This document shows, piece after piece, positions 1 to 8,778 of a DNA stretch of 15,266 nt. Every line of letters starts with the position of its first letter. Position 1 is the stretch's first letter. The notes beneath the pieces are model-generated. The model searched no databases. It was not told the DNA's origin and worked only from the letters and a program-made list of their open reading frames with translations. Origin of the DNA: Nitrospinaceae bacterium (GTDB taxonomy: Bacteria > Nitrospinota > Nitrospinia > Nitrospinales > VA-1); contig JBHHVU010000069.1 in the NCBI GenBank assembly GCA_046754465.1, positions 1-15,266 on the forward strand. Reading direction: 5' to 3'. The position numbers and the translations under genes are program-made.

Positions 1-352
1 TCACCTCGTTGGCGACGACGGCGAATCCCTTGCCCGCTTCCCCGGCACGCGCCGCCTCGATCGTGGCGTTGAGCGCCAGAAGGTTCGTCTGCTCCGCGAT
101 GGAGGTGATGACCTTGATGACCTGGCCGATTTCCACCGAGCTTTCTCCCAGCTTCGTCACCGTGGCGTTGGTTTTTTCCGCGACCGTCACCGCCGAGGTG
201 GCCACCTTGGCGGCTTCGTTCGAATTCTGGGCGATCTCCTTGATGCTGGCACTCATCTCCTCCGTCCCCGTCGCCACCGTCTGGACGTTGGTGCTCACTT
301 GCTCCGAGGCCGCCGATACCACATTGGCCTGCGCCGAGGTTTCTTCCGCGTT
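1..352. repeat. Near-identical DNA copy of 1990-2341 (shared MCP signalling domain)
   Basis: 1-152 is base-for-base identical to 1990-2141 (offset 1989); high similarity continues to about 352/2341. Confidence 0.95.
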
Positions 353-1447
353 GCTGACCATGATCTGGCTTCCTGAATTGAGCTGGGACGAGGAAGACGC
401 CAGGGTCTCCGCGGTTTTGGCGATATGGTTCATGCTTTGGCGCAGGCTGGAAAAAAATTTTCCCAGCCCTTCTCCCATTTGCCCGACGGCATCGGTTCCT
501 TTCACCGTAATTTCCCGGGTGAGGTCCCCCTCGGCGGCCGCGTTGACCACGTCGAGGATGGAGTCCACTTTGGCGCTCAGTTCCTCGGCCTGTTTTTTGT
601 CCCGCTCCGCCATTTCCTTGACCTTCCGGTCGTTCATCACATGTTCCGTGACGTCCGCGGCGAATTTGACCACCTTATAAGGCTTGCCGTTGAGATCAAA
701 GAGAGGGTTGTACGACGATTGAATCCAGATTTCCTTGCCGTTTTTTCCGAGGCGTTTGTATCTGCCCACATCCACCTCGCCCCGGTTGAGCTTTTCCCAA
801 AAGGCGCGGTAGTCCTGGGTTTTCACATAGGAACCTTCACAAAACATCCGGTGATGCTGTCCCTTAACTTCATCCAGGCGGTAATTGAAGAGATCCAGAA
901 AAATTGAATTGGCCGCAAGGACGGTGCCGTCCATTTGGAATTCGATGACCGCCTGGACTTTCTCGATGGCTTCCACCCGGCTTTGAAAATCCGCATTCTG
1001 TTTTTTTTGTTTTGTGTTATCCTGCGCCAGCTTTATGACCTTGATGACTTCTCCCGATTCGTCTTTTACGGGAATATACGAAGCGGACAACCACACCGGA
1101 TCGCCGCTTTTTTTGATGCGTTTGAATTCCCGGACCTGGGCGATGCCGCGGCGCAAATCCGTCCAAAAGGTTTTATATGGCTCCCCCTGCGACTCCTTGG
1201 GATCCACGAAGATACGATGATGTTTTCCCCTCACCTCATCCATGCGGTATTCCATGAGAGAAAGGAAATTATCGTTCGCGGTCAGAATGGTCCCATTGAG
1301 GTCGAATTCGATCGTTGCCAGCGCATGACCGATGGCATCCATCTGCCTCTTAAGCTGGCCGAATTCCGAACCGCCATTCTGGATGTTTTTGCCCAACAAA
1401 CCCGCGAAAGATCCCAAAAAAGATTTTTCAGTGATCGTGGTTTCCAT
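1..1447 (-). CDS. Soluble methyl-accepting chemotaxis protein, PAS-PAS-HAMP-MCP (BdlA-like PAS pair); 3' end beyond window edge
   Basis: Not in the ORF track; translated by hand. ATG at 1447 with SD GAGGAG (1453-1458). [10 protein letters not shown]...[36 protein letters not shown]...FWTDL...WLSASYIPV (PAS1); [15 protein letters not shown]...GQHHRMFC...FWEKLNRG...WIQSSYNPL (PAS2); [25 protein letters not shown] (HAMP); [33 protein letters not shown] (MCP tip). Open to base 1; no TM segment. Confidence 0.95.
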   Translation of the reverse strand, partial: METTITEKSFLGSFAGLLGKNIQNGGSEFGQLKRQMDAIGHALATIEFDLNGTILTANDNFLSLMEYRMDEVRGKHHRIFVDPKESQGEPYKTFWTDLRRGIAQVREFKRIKKSGDPVWLSASYIPVKDESGEVIKVIKLAQDNTKQKKQNADFQSRVEAIEKVQAVIEFQMDGTVLAANSIFLDLFNYRLDEVKGQHHRMFCEGSYVKTQDYRAFWEKLNRGEVDVGRYKRLGKNGKEIWIQSSYNPLFDLNGKPYKVVKFAADVTEHVMNDRKVKEMAERDKKQAEELSAKVDSILDVVNAAAEGDLTREITVKGTDAVGQMGEGLGKFFSSLRQSMNHIAKTAETLASSSSQLNSGSQIMVSNAEETSAQANVVSAASEQVSTNVQTVATGTEEMSASIKEIAQNSNEAAKVATSAVTVAEKTNATVTKLGESSVEIGQVIKVITSIAEQTNLLALNATIEAARAGEAGKGFAVVANEV

Positions 1448-1621
1448 AAAAACTCCTCTATTGATGAAAATCTAAACAGCAGATAAATTCAAAAGACAAA
1501 ATCCCCTCGGCCCTCTTTGGGAAAGAAACCAGGGGGAGTTTCCCGATCCGACCTCTTCTAGTTACCAACTCTTGCCTACATGACACTTCCTGGGTTTTTG
1601 AGGTATTTTTTTTTCCGGATA

Positions 1622-3652
1622 CTATTCCATTTTAAACCGGCCGGCAATTTCTTGCAGTTCCGCCGCCATTTTGGACAGTTCCCCGGCGGCTTTCCGGGCA
1701 TCGTTCGCGCCCTGGGTAGTGCTCTGGGCGGCCTGCGCGACCCCGGCGATGTTCTGGGCGATTTCCTGCGAGCCTTTCGCCGCTTCCTCCACGTTGCGGC
1801 CGATCTCGTTGGTCGTCGCCGTTTGCTCCTCCACCGCGCTGGCAATCGTGTTCTGAATGTCGTTGATCTTGTTGATCACCCCCGTGATCTCTCCAATGGC
1901 CTCCACCGAATTCTGGGTGTCCGATTGAATCGCTTCGATCTTGCTGCCGATATCCTCGGTGGCCTTGGCGGTTTGATTGGCCAGTTCCTTCACCTCGTTG
2001 GCGACGACGGCGAATCCCTTGCCCGCTTCCCCGGCACGCGCCGCCTCGATCGTGGCGTTGAGCGCCAGAAGGTTCGTCTGCTCCGCGATGGAGGTGATGA
2101 CCTTGATGACCTGGCCGATTTCCACCGAGCTTTCTCCCAGCCTGGTCACCGTGGCGTTGGTTTTTTCCGCGGCTATCACCGCCGAGGCCGCCACCTTGGC
2201 GGCTTCGTTCGAATTCTGGGCGATCTCCTTGATGCTGGCGCTCATCTCCTCGGCCCCCGTCGCCACCGTCTGGACGTTCGTGCTCACCTCCTCCGAGGCC
2301 GCCGATACCACATTGGCCTGGGCCGAGGTTTCCTCGGCGTTTCCCGCCATCTGTTGGCTCACCGCCGTCAACTCCTCCGAAGAACTGGCTAGTAACTGGG
2401 CTTTTTCCGTGATATCGGTCAGGATTTTCTTCAAATTCTCCATCATTTCCTTTTCACGTTGTTCCGCCGCCCGTTTTTCGGTGATCACCTCCCAGGTAAC
2501 CATGGGGCCAATGTAGTGGCCGTTCTGGTCAAAGATGGGACTGACCAAAAGATCGAGGGTCTCCGGGCCCAATTTAATCTCTGCCCGGTGCGGCAGGTTT
2601 TTCTGATCGGAAAGGATCTTTCTCTGGTGGGAGGGGTTCTTATGAAAAATATCGATCGGCTGGCCAACCACATTTTCCGCCTTCACCGGGAGATATTGCT
2701 CAATGCTCTTGAGGGTTTTGAGGGAGGCCGGGTTCATGTACTGGATATTCAGATCGCGGTCGGCATAAATGACGTTGACCGGCGCGTTTCCCATCATCGA
2801 TTGGACCCGGGCCATCTCCCTTTCCAATTTCTGTTTCTCGGTCACGAGTTCCCAGGTGACCATGGGACCCAGGTAGTTGCCCTCCTTATCATGGATGGCG
2901 CTCACCAGCAGGTCCGCGGTTTCCGGTCCGATCTGAATCAGCGCCCGGTGCGGCAGGTTTTTCGGATCGGAAAGGATCCGTCTCTGGTGGGCGGGGTCCT
3001 TGTGGAAGATATCGATCGATTGCCCCTGGATGTTCTCCGCCTTGACGGGAAGGTACTGCTCGATGGTCTTGAGCGTTTTGAGGGAGGCCGGGTTGATATA
3101 TTGGATGTTCAGGTCCCGGTCGGCGAAAACCACGTTGACGGGGGCATTTTCCATCATCGACATCACCCGCGCCCTCTCCGACTCGGTTCGTTTTGTCTCG
3201 GTGATGTTTTCCCAGTTCACCACGTAGCCGGTCAGCCGGCCGCTGCCGTTGTAGACTCCGTTGAAGGTGGCCCGCAGGGTGACCACGCCGAAGGTCAGCT
3301 CGGCCATGTGCGGCAGGGCACGGGGATTTCTCAGGATGGCTTCCACCTTGTCGGGGTCCGGGTGAAACCGGTGGATGGACCCGCCGACGATCTCGTCCAG
3401 CGCCAGGCCGAACACCCGATTGATCTCCCCCTCGATGGCCCGGAGGGTTTCCAAGGCTTGCGGGTTGGCGTAAATGAGGTTGAACTCGGCATCCGCTATC
3501 AAAACATTGGCTTGAATCTGATTCAGGCCGGAAAAAAGGTTCGCGGCGGATTTCAACCACGAAGCGCCCACCTTGCGGCCATTTCCAAACAGTTTGAACA
3601 ACCGGGGTTCCCTGGAAGGTGTCTTAACCATATAAGGAGAATTTATAGCCAT
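1622..3652 (-). CDS. Soluble chemoreceptor with three Aer2-type (heme-binding-like) PAS domains and an MCP signalling domain
   Basis: PAS motifs NV(L/V/I)xADxDxNIxYxN and IDIFHK(D/N)PxHQR...VTWE match the P. aeruginosa Aer2 PAS signature; the MCP tip [27 protein letters not shown] is present; no TM; SD-like AAGGGT upstream. Confidence 0.95.
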   Translation of the reverse strand: MAINSPYMVKTPSREPRLFKLFGNGRKVGASWLKSAANLFSGLNQIQANVLIADAEFNLIYANPQALETLRAIEGEINRVFGLALDEIVGGSIHRFHPDPDKVEAILRNPRALPHMAELTFGVVTLRATFNGVYNGSGRLTGYVVNWENITETKRTESERARVMSMMENAPVNVVFADRDLNIQYINPASLKTLKTIEQYLPVKAENIQGQSIDIFHKDPAHQRRILSDPKNLPHRALIQIGPETADLLVSAIHDKEGNYLGPMVTWELVTEKQKLEREMARVQSMMGNAPVNVIYADRDLNIQYMNPASLKTLKSIEQYLPVKAENVVGQPIDIFHKNPSHQRKILSDQKNLPHRAEIKLGPETLDLLVSPIFDQNGHYIGPMVTWEVITEKRAAEQREKEMMENLKKILTDITEKAQLLASSSEELTAVSQQMAGNAEETSAQANVVSAASEEVSTNVQTVATGAEEMSASIKEIAQNSNEAAKVAASAVIAAEKTNATVTRLGESSVEIGQVIKVITSIAEQTNLLALNATIEAARAGEAGKGFAVVANEVKELANQTAKATEDIGSKIEAIQSDTQNSVEAIGEITGVINKINDIQNTIASAVEEQTATTNEIGRNVEEAAKGSQEIAQNIAGVAQAAQSTTQGANDARKAAGELSKMAAELQEIAGRFKME
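2470..3160 (-). repeat. Internal tandem duplication of PAS2/PAS3, 360-bp (120-aa) period
   Basis: cccaggtaaccatggggcc at 2491 vs cccaggtgaccatgggacc at 2851; MMENAPVNV to MMGNAPVNV are 120 residues apart. Confidence 0.9.
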
Positions 3653-3739
3653 TGCATTACCCTTTTCTTAAGAATAGCCGGAAATAGAAAATTCACACTT
3701 TGAAGAATAATATTTTCATGCCGTGAAACTGTAATATAA

Positions 3740-3757
3740 ATGCAAAGGCAATGCCAA
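3740..3757 (-). promoter_or_regulatory. sigma54 (RpoN) -24/-12 promoter for the chemoreceptor genes
   Basis: The - strand reads TTGGCATTGCCTTTGCAT = TGGCA-N6-TTGCA with exact GG-N10-GC spacing, about 90 nt upstream of the ATG at 3652. Confidence 0.8.
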
Positions 3758-3820
3758 TTGATATAAATTACCATAAACTTATAAGTAATTAAAGATAAAA
3801 TGTTTTCATAATCCCTTTTA

Positions 3821-3833
3821 TATCAATTTATTA
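3821..3833. promoter_or_regulatory. Putative IHF site upstream of the sigma54 promoter
   Basis: TATCAATTTATTA fits WATCAANNNNTTR, inside an AT-rich island (about 3700-3835). Confidence 0.45.
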
Positions 3834-3918
3834 CAGGGCGTACGGGATCCCGTGCGCGGGAAGGTATCCGCGTAGGGTTTTCCATACGAATTCCCCTCAG
3901 ATGGGTAAGGCCTTGGGG

Positions 3919-4222
3919 CCGGGCGGCGAACCGCCGCTGGTAGTATTGTCATACTTTATATGGCGGACCAAGGCTGATTGGCGATGATGCTATGACCCAT
4001 CCCCCTCCGGGCGTGGCCCGGGCGGCGAACCGCCGCTGGTAGTATTGTCATACTTTATATGGCGGACCAAGGCTGATTGGCGATGATGCTATGACCCATC
4101 CCCCTCCGGGCGTGGCCCGGGCGGCGAACCGGGGAGTACCTCCCGGTAGGTGGAACATACTTTTTGGCGGACCCAGGCCACCGGGCGGTTGTGATCGGCC
4201 CCTCTCCCTCCCGTGGGCCGGG
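3919..4222. repeat. Non-coding 99-bp tandem repeat: two identical units plus a degenerate third
   Basis: ccgggcggcgaacc starts at 3919, 4018 and 4117. Units 3919-4017 and 4018-4116 are identical. The third keeps catacttt..tggcggacc.aggc and the C-rich end. The unit has stops in all six frames. Confidence 0.95.
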
Positions 4223-4226
4223 GCTG

Positions 4227-4256
4227 TTGCTTTAAGGAGGCGATCGGGCTTACAAT
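4227..4256 (+). promoter_or_regulatory. Putative sigma70 promoter for the Trx-NHL gene
   Basis: TTGCTT-18 nt-TACAAT, 31 nt before ATG 4288. Confidence 0.5.
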
Positions 4257-4287
4257 CCCTTAATTACTCCTTCACTCAGGAAGACTC

Positions 4288-5748
4288 ATGGAAATCACCC
4301 GTGCCCCCAGGCTCAATGCCCAAAACCTTCCCTGGTTTAACGTCAAGACGCCGCTCGACCTTCCGGACCTTAAGGACAAACTTGTGATCCTCGATTTCTG
4401 GACCTATTGCTGCATCAACTGCATGCACATCATCCCCACCCTCAAACAGGTGGAAGCGCGTTTCCCGGATTCCCTGGTGGTCATTGGCGTTCACAGTCCG
4501 AAGTTCAGCGGGGAGAAGGTCACCGAGAATCTGGAGCGGGCTATCGAACGTTATGAGATTCAACACCCCATCGTCCATGACAAGGATTTTACGATCTGGA
4601 AAAATTTTGCGGTTCGCGCCTGGCCGACCTTGGTTTTCATCGGTCCCGACGGCTACATTTTGGGGCAGATTCCCGGCGAACCCGACCCGGAAATGCTGGC
4701 CGATTCAATAGGCAAAGTCATTGATGACATGAAGGGGAAGAGACTACTGCAAGGCAACGCGGCCGATCTTCTGTGCTTATCTCCAACAGAGGCGCACACA
4801 ACCCTCCGGTTTCCGGGAAAGATCGCGTACAATCCCTCCGCGGGCGAATTCGCCATTGCCGACTCAAACCATAACCAGGTCGTCACCGCCGGCCGGGAGG
4901 GAACCCTTACCCGCCGGATCGGATCGGGAAAGGCCGGCCGCCGGGATGGTTCCCTGGAAGAGGCGGAATTTTTTCGTCCGCAAGGCCTATGTTATCATGA
5001 AGGGATCATTTGGGTGGCCGATACGGAAAATCACCTCATCCGGAAAATCGACCTGGCTGCGGGAAAGGTCAGCACCGTTGCCGGGACGGGGAGGCAGGGC
5101 GGTGTACTGAAAGAAAGGGCGCCCGGCAGCGAGGTGGCACTCAGCTCCGTCTGGGACGTTTCCCTCGCCGGAAACCATCTGTATTTCGCCAATGCGGGAA
5201 CCCACCAGATCGGTCTTTACGAGGTGGAAGAGAAAATGGCGGGTCCCTTTGCCGGAACCGGACAGGAAGCCCTGATCGATGGACCCCGCCACCATGGAGC
5301 CTTCGCCCAACCCAGCGGATTGAGCATTGGGGAAAACCGGCTTTTCCTGGCGGACAGCGAGACCAGTTCCATTCGCAGCGTCGAACTGACCGGCGCCGGG
5401 TTCATCGACACCTATACCGGGACCGGCCTATTCGATTTCGGGGACCGGGATGGAAAGGGAACAGAGGCCCTCCTGCAACATCCCCTCGGCGTCCATTACT
5501 TCCAGGAGAAAGTCTTTATCGCTGACTCCTACAACCACAAAATCAAGGTGCTCGACCTCAAAAGCCATGAGGTAACTACTCTTGCCCCGTCAACACGAAT
5601 CCTATGCGGCGATTCGACTTGCAACCGATTGTGGGAACCTGCTGGAGCGATCGCTGTCGGTCATTGCCTTTATGTTTCCGACACCAACAATCACCGGATC
5701 GTAGAAATCAATCTCGAAACGGAAACGGCGAAAATATTTATCGGTTAG
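4288..5748 (+). CDS. Thioredoxin-like domain + NHL beta-propeller protein (NHLRC2/SOQ1-like)
   Basis: LDFWTYCCINCMH, VIGVHSPKF and AWPTLV in the N-terminal Trx fold, followed by repeated IADSNHN/VADTENH/LADSETS/IADSYNH/VSDTNNH NHL blades; SD AGGA upstream. Confidence 0.93.
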   Translation: MEITRAPRLNAQNLPWFNVKTPLDLPDLKDKLVILDFWTYCCINCMHIIPTLKQVEARFPDSLVVIGVHSPKFSGEKVTENLERAIERYEIQHPIVHDKDFTIWKNFAVRAWPTLVFIGPDGYILGQIPGEPDPEMLADSIGKVIDDMKGKRLLQGNAADLLCLSPTEAHTTLRFPGKIAYNPSAGEFAIADSNHNQVVTAGREGTLTRRIGSGKAGRRDGSLEEAEFFRPQGLCYHEGIIWVADTENHLIRKIDLAAGKVSTVAGTGRQGGVLKERAPGSEVALSSVWDVSLAGNHLYFANAGTHQIGLYEVEEKMAGPFAGTGQEALIDGPRHHGAFAQPSGLSIGENRLFLADSETSSIRSVELTGAGFIDTYTGTGLFDFGDRDGKGTEALLQHPLGVHYFQEKVFIADSYNHKIKVLDLKSHEVTTLAPSTRILCGDSTCNRLWEPAGAIAVGHCLYVSDTNNHRIVEINLETETAKIFIG

Positions 5749-5839
5749 CAGACCCCCAGTGGGGGAGCGGGTCCACCCGTGGGAGCCCTTTGCCTAAGAG
5801 GGTTTTTGATTTGCCTTCCTTTCTTGATGACAGAAAAAT

Positions 5840-5868
5840 TTGACAGGTCCGGGGCGCTGAAATAGATT
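5840..5868 (+). promoter_or_regulatory. sigma70 promoter for the ankyrin gene
   Basis: TTGACA-17 nt-TAGATT. Confidence 0.65.
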
Positions 5869-5901
5869 GAATAATATCTTCAAAATTTGAGGGATTTAAA
5901 G

Positions 5902-7344
5902 ATGAATAGTGAAATTCTTCCTTTCCGATGGTATGCGGCCTGGATGTTTCTGGGCCTTTTCCTGGCTTCCTGCGTGACGGTGAAGACGCCGCCCATTGAC
6001 GACGCGGCCAAGGTGGGTGACCTTGCCAGAGTACAGCGTTTCCTCGCCGAGGGGGCGGACGTCAATGTCACGAACCAGGATGGAGACACTCCCTTGCACT
6101 CCGCGGCCAAGGGGGGGTACCAGGAAGTGGCGGAATTTCTCCTTGCCCACGGAGCCCGTGTGGACGCGAGAAACCGGGAGGGCATCACTCCGCTGAACTG
6201 GGCAGCGGAAGAAGGGCACCTGGGGATGGCAAAACTTCTCATCGAAAAGGGCGCCGATATCAATTCAAAGAATCTGGCTGGCGATACCCCCCTGCACGCC
6301 GTCGCCCTCAACGGCAAGGTTGATCTGACGAAACTGCTGATCGCCAAGGGTGCGGACGTCAATTCGCGGAACCGAAAAAGGGTCACCCCTCTCCACATTG
6401 CCTCCGGAAAGGGGCACAAGGACATTTCTGCCCTGTTGTTGTTCAAGGGCGCGAAGTTAGACGCCAAGGATAAATATAATAAACAACCCCTGCACTGGGC
6501 GGCCGAGAGCGGACACAAAGAGACCGTCCAGCTTCTCCTCGACAAGGGGGCTCCCGTAGACGCCCAGGACAAGTTCGGCCTGACCCCCTTAAACCTGGCG
6601 GCCCTGCACAATCGTCCCGAGGTGGTCGAATCGCTCATTCTCAAGGGAGCCCAGGTCAACCCGAAAGGGAGCTCGCCCCTGTTTTCAGCAGCCCGTAAGG
6701 GGCACGCCGATGTCGCCCGGCTGCTGCTTGCCCACGGGGCCAAGGTGAACGCCCGGGAAAAGGAAGGTCCCACCCCCCTGCACTTCGCGGCGGGAAGGGG
6801 GTACCTGGACGTAACGGAGTTACTCATCGACCATGGGGCCAATGTGAAAGCGAAGGACCTGGTCGATAACACCCCGCTGCATTCCGCGGCGGCGGGCGGA
6901 CACCGGGCGATCGTGGAATTGCTCCTGGCCAAGGGGGCCGACGTTCGCTCCAGGGAGAAGGATGGCACCACTCCACTCCATCTTGCCGCCCGGGGGGGGT
7001 ATACCGAGGTGGCCCGGCTCCTCCTCGATCAGGGCGCCAACCTGGAAGCCCCAAACAAATATGGAGCCACCCCCCTCCATCAAGCGGCCCGGAAGGGACA
7101 AAAGGAAGTGGTGGGTCTTCTCGTCGAAAGGGGGGCGAATATCAACGCCAAGGACAATACCGGTGCCACCCCCTTGCATCTCGCGGCCTTGAGGGGACAA
7201 AAGGCCACCGCCGAACTCCTCGTGACCAAAGGCGCCAACCTTCAGGCCAGAAAAAAAGATGGGAAAACCCCTTTCGACCTGGCCGTGGCCATGGAGCACA
7301 ATATCCTGGCGGATATGCTGAAGTGGTACGCGTCACAGAAGTAA
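5902..7344 (+). CDS. Ankyrin-repeat protein (about 13-14 repeats), probable lipoprotein
   Basis: Repeated GxTPLHxAA...LLxxGADVN 33-aa units; hydrophobic N-terminus ending in lipobox-like LFLASC; ATG 5902 preferred over TTG 5887 because GAGGGA lies upstream. Confidence 0.93.
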   Translation: MNSEILPFRWYAAWMFLGLFLASCVTVKTPPIDDAAKVGDLARVQRFLAEGADVNVTNQDGDTPLHSAAKGGYQEVAEFLLAHGARVDARNREGITPLNWAAEEGHLGMAKLLIEKGADINSKNLAGDTPLHAVALNGKVDLTKLLIAKGADVNSRNRKRVTPLHIASGKGHKDISALLLFKGAKLDAKDKYNKQPLHWAAESGHKETVQLLLDKGAPVDAQDKFGLTPLNLAALHNRPEVVESLILKGAQVNPKGSSPLFSAARKGHADVARLLLAHGAKVNAREKEGPTPLHFAAGRGYLDVTELLIDHGANVKAKDLVDNTPLHSAAAGGHRAIVELLLAKGADVRSREKDGTTPLHLAARGGYTEVARLLLDQGANLEAPNKYGATPLHQAARKGQKEVVGLLVERGANINAKDNTGATPLHLAALRGQKATAELLVTKGANLQARKKDGKTPFDLAVAMEHNILADMLKWYASQK

Positions 7345-7361
7345 TAATCCTTCCTGGCGTA

Positions 7362-8540
7362 TCAACCCTGTTGAGGCCTTTCCCCAAGAACGACGGATAT
7401 CTTGATCACTCGATTATCCCTTAAAATTTCCAGGTCCACGCGGTCTCCCACCCGGTGTCTGGCGATTTCCTTTGACAGAGTGGCCATGTCGGGGACTTTA
7501 TTTCCGGCGACGGACAGGATAACGTCCCCGCCGATGGGAAAACGGAGATTCCCGATGACCACTTCCTGCTGTCCGCCGGTCAGCCCGGCCTGGTCCGCCG
7601 GCCCGCCGGGAATCACTTCTACCAGCAGAATTCCTTCCCGGGAAGACAATTTCAGGGTTTGCGCCAGGTCGCGCGTTAAGGGTATTCCGCCAATTCCCAG
7701 CCAGGGGGGAGCATAATGTCCGGTGGTGATCAACTGCGTGGCGACCTCCCGGGCTCTGTTGACCGGGATGGCAAAGCCGATCCCCTGGTAGCCCCCCGAC
7801 AGGCTGAAGATGGCCGTATTGATCCCGATCACCTTGCCGTTGGAATTGAGCAGGGGACCGCCCGAGTTACCGGGATTGATGGCGGCGTCGGTCTGGATGA
7901 GTCCGATCAGGCGGTTGCCGTTGGGTTCACGGATTTCCCGGTCCAGGGCACTGATGGTTCCAGTCGTCAATGTTTGGGAAAGTCCGAACGGATTGCCGAT
8001 GGCGATGGCCTTTTGTCCCACCTGGAGCGTGTCCGAATTTCCGAGATCGGCCACGGTGGAGGCTAAATGACCGGGAATACGGATGACGGCGAGGTCGGAC
8101 GCGGGATCGCGGCCGATCAGTATGGCGTTGGTTTTCTCCCCGTTTCCCAAGGTCACCGTCAATTTCTGGGCATTAGCCACTACATGGTTGTTGGTCAATA
8201 TATAGCCCTTGCCGTCAATGATAAAACCCGAACCCTGGCCCTGCTGGGGAATGATCTGCATCCAGAAATTCATGGTCAGGACGGTTGTGGAGATATTCAC
8301 CACCGCGGAGTGGACGCGCGCGAACACATCTATATTCACCTTTTCGTCGCTGGTGATGATCACCGGTTGGTTGCCGGATCCATCGGTCCGGGTGAAATCG
8401 AGTTCTTCTTCCCCGGGCCGCCCGAAAAGCATCAAATCCAGGGCCGGCCAGTTTTCATATATCAGGGTCCCAACCATCAACACCACCCCCGCCAGAAGAA
8501 TTCCCCGGAACCAGGTCAGGGGGCTTTGACGCGTTCGCAT
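7362..8540 (-). CDS. HtrA/DegP-family (S1C) serine protease, N-terminal TM, one PDZ domain
   Basis: Catalytic triad motifs TNNHVV, SDLAVI and DAAINPGNSGGPL; C-terminal PDZ (GPADQAGL...GDVIL); SD GAGGA upstream. Confidence 0.95.
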   Translation of the reverse strand: MRTRQSPLTWFRGILLAGVVLMVGTLIYENWPALDLMLFGRPGEEELDFTRTDGSGNQPVIITSDEKVNIDVFARVHSAVVNISTTVLTMNFWMQIIPQQGQGSGFIIDGKGYILTNNHVVANAQKLTVTLGNGEKTNAILIGRDPASDLAVIRIPGHLASTVADLGNSDTLQVGQKAIAIGNPFGLSQTLTTGTISALDREIREPNGNRLIGLIQTDAAINPGNSGGPLLNSNGKVIGINTAIFSLSGGYQGIGFAIPVNRAREVATQLITTGHYAPPWLGIGGIPLTRDLAQTLKLSSREGILLVEVIPGGPADQAGLTGGQQEVVIGNLRFPIGGDVILSVAGNKVPDMATLSKEIARHRVGDRVDLEILRDNRVIKISVVLGERPQQG

Positions 8541-8641
8541 GGTTTCATTTCCTCGAATTAATTGATAACTTGTGGCGCCTGCCTGATTCCTCTTTTATCG
8601 CAAAGAACCGAAAAACGCAAAGGTTCTCAAAAATTAACGGC

Positions 8642-8669
8642 TTGCCCCCACCCGCGGATTTGCTAAACT
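8642..8669 (+). promoter_or_regulatory. Possible sigma70 promoter for the LuxR-type gene
   Basis: TTGCCC-16 nt-TAAACT with an extended -10 TG. Confidence 0.3.
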
Positions 8670-8778
8670 GGCCTCTCGGTTAGACCCAATTTGTCCCCGG
8701 ACTTTTGGGGTAAAATGATACTTCCTTCGCCGCGCATTATTTATTAGGATGCGGTGATATTTGGAACCCGGCCGGATC

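Noticed and set aside
9..3703. Long + strand ORFs (9-680, 425-907, 935-1486, 1580-2392, 1977-2516, 2459-3703)
   Set aside because: Antisense shadows of the two MCP genes in GC-rich DNA.
3919..4116. 99-bp period equals the 33-aa ankyrin period, suggesting an ankyrin remnant
   Set aside because: Stops in all six frames and no TPLH/GAD pattern at ankyrin spacing; likely coincidence.
3919..4222. CRISPR array
   Set aside because: Whole 99-bp units are identical, so there are no unique spacers; no cas genes in the window.
4091..4387. 98-aa ORF starting inside the repeat
   Set aside because: No SD, composition derives from the repeat, and it overlaps the Trx-NHL gene out of frame.
5880..7299. Long - strand ORFs opposite the ankyrin gene
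   Set aside because: Antisense shadows with no recognisable motifs.
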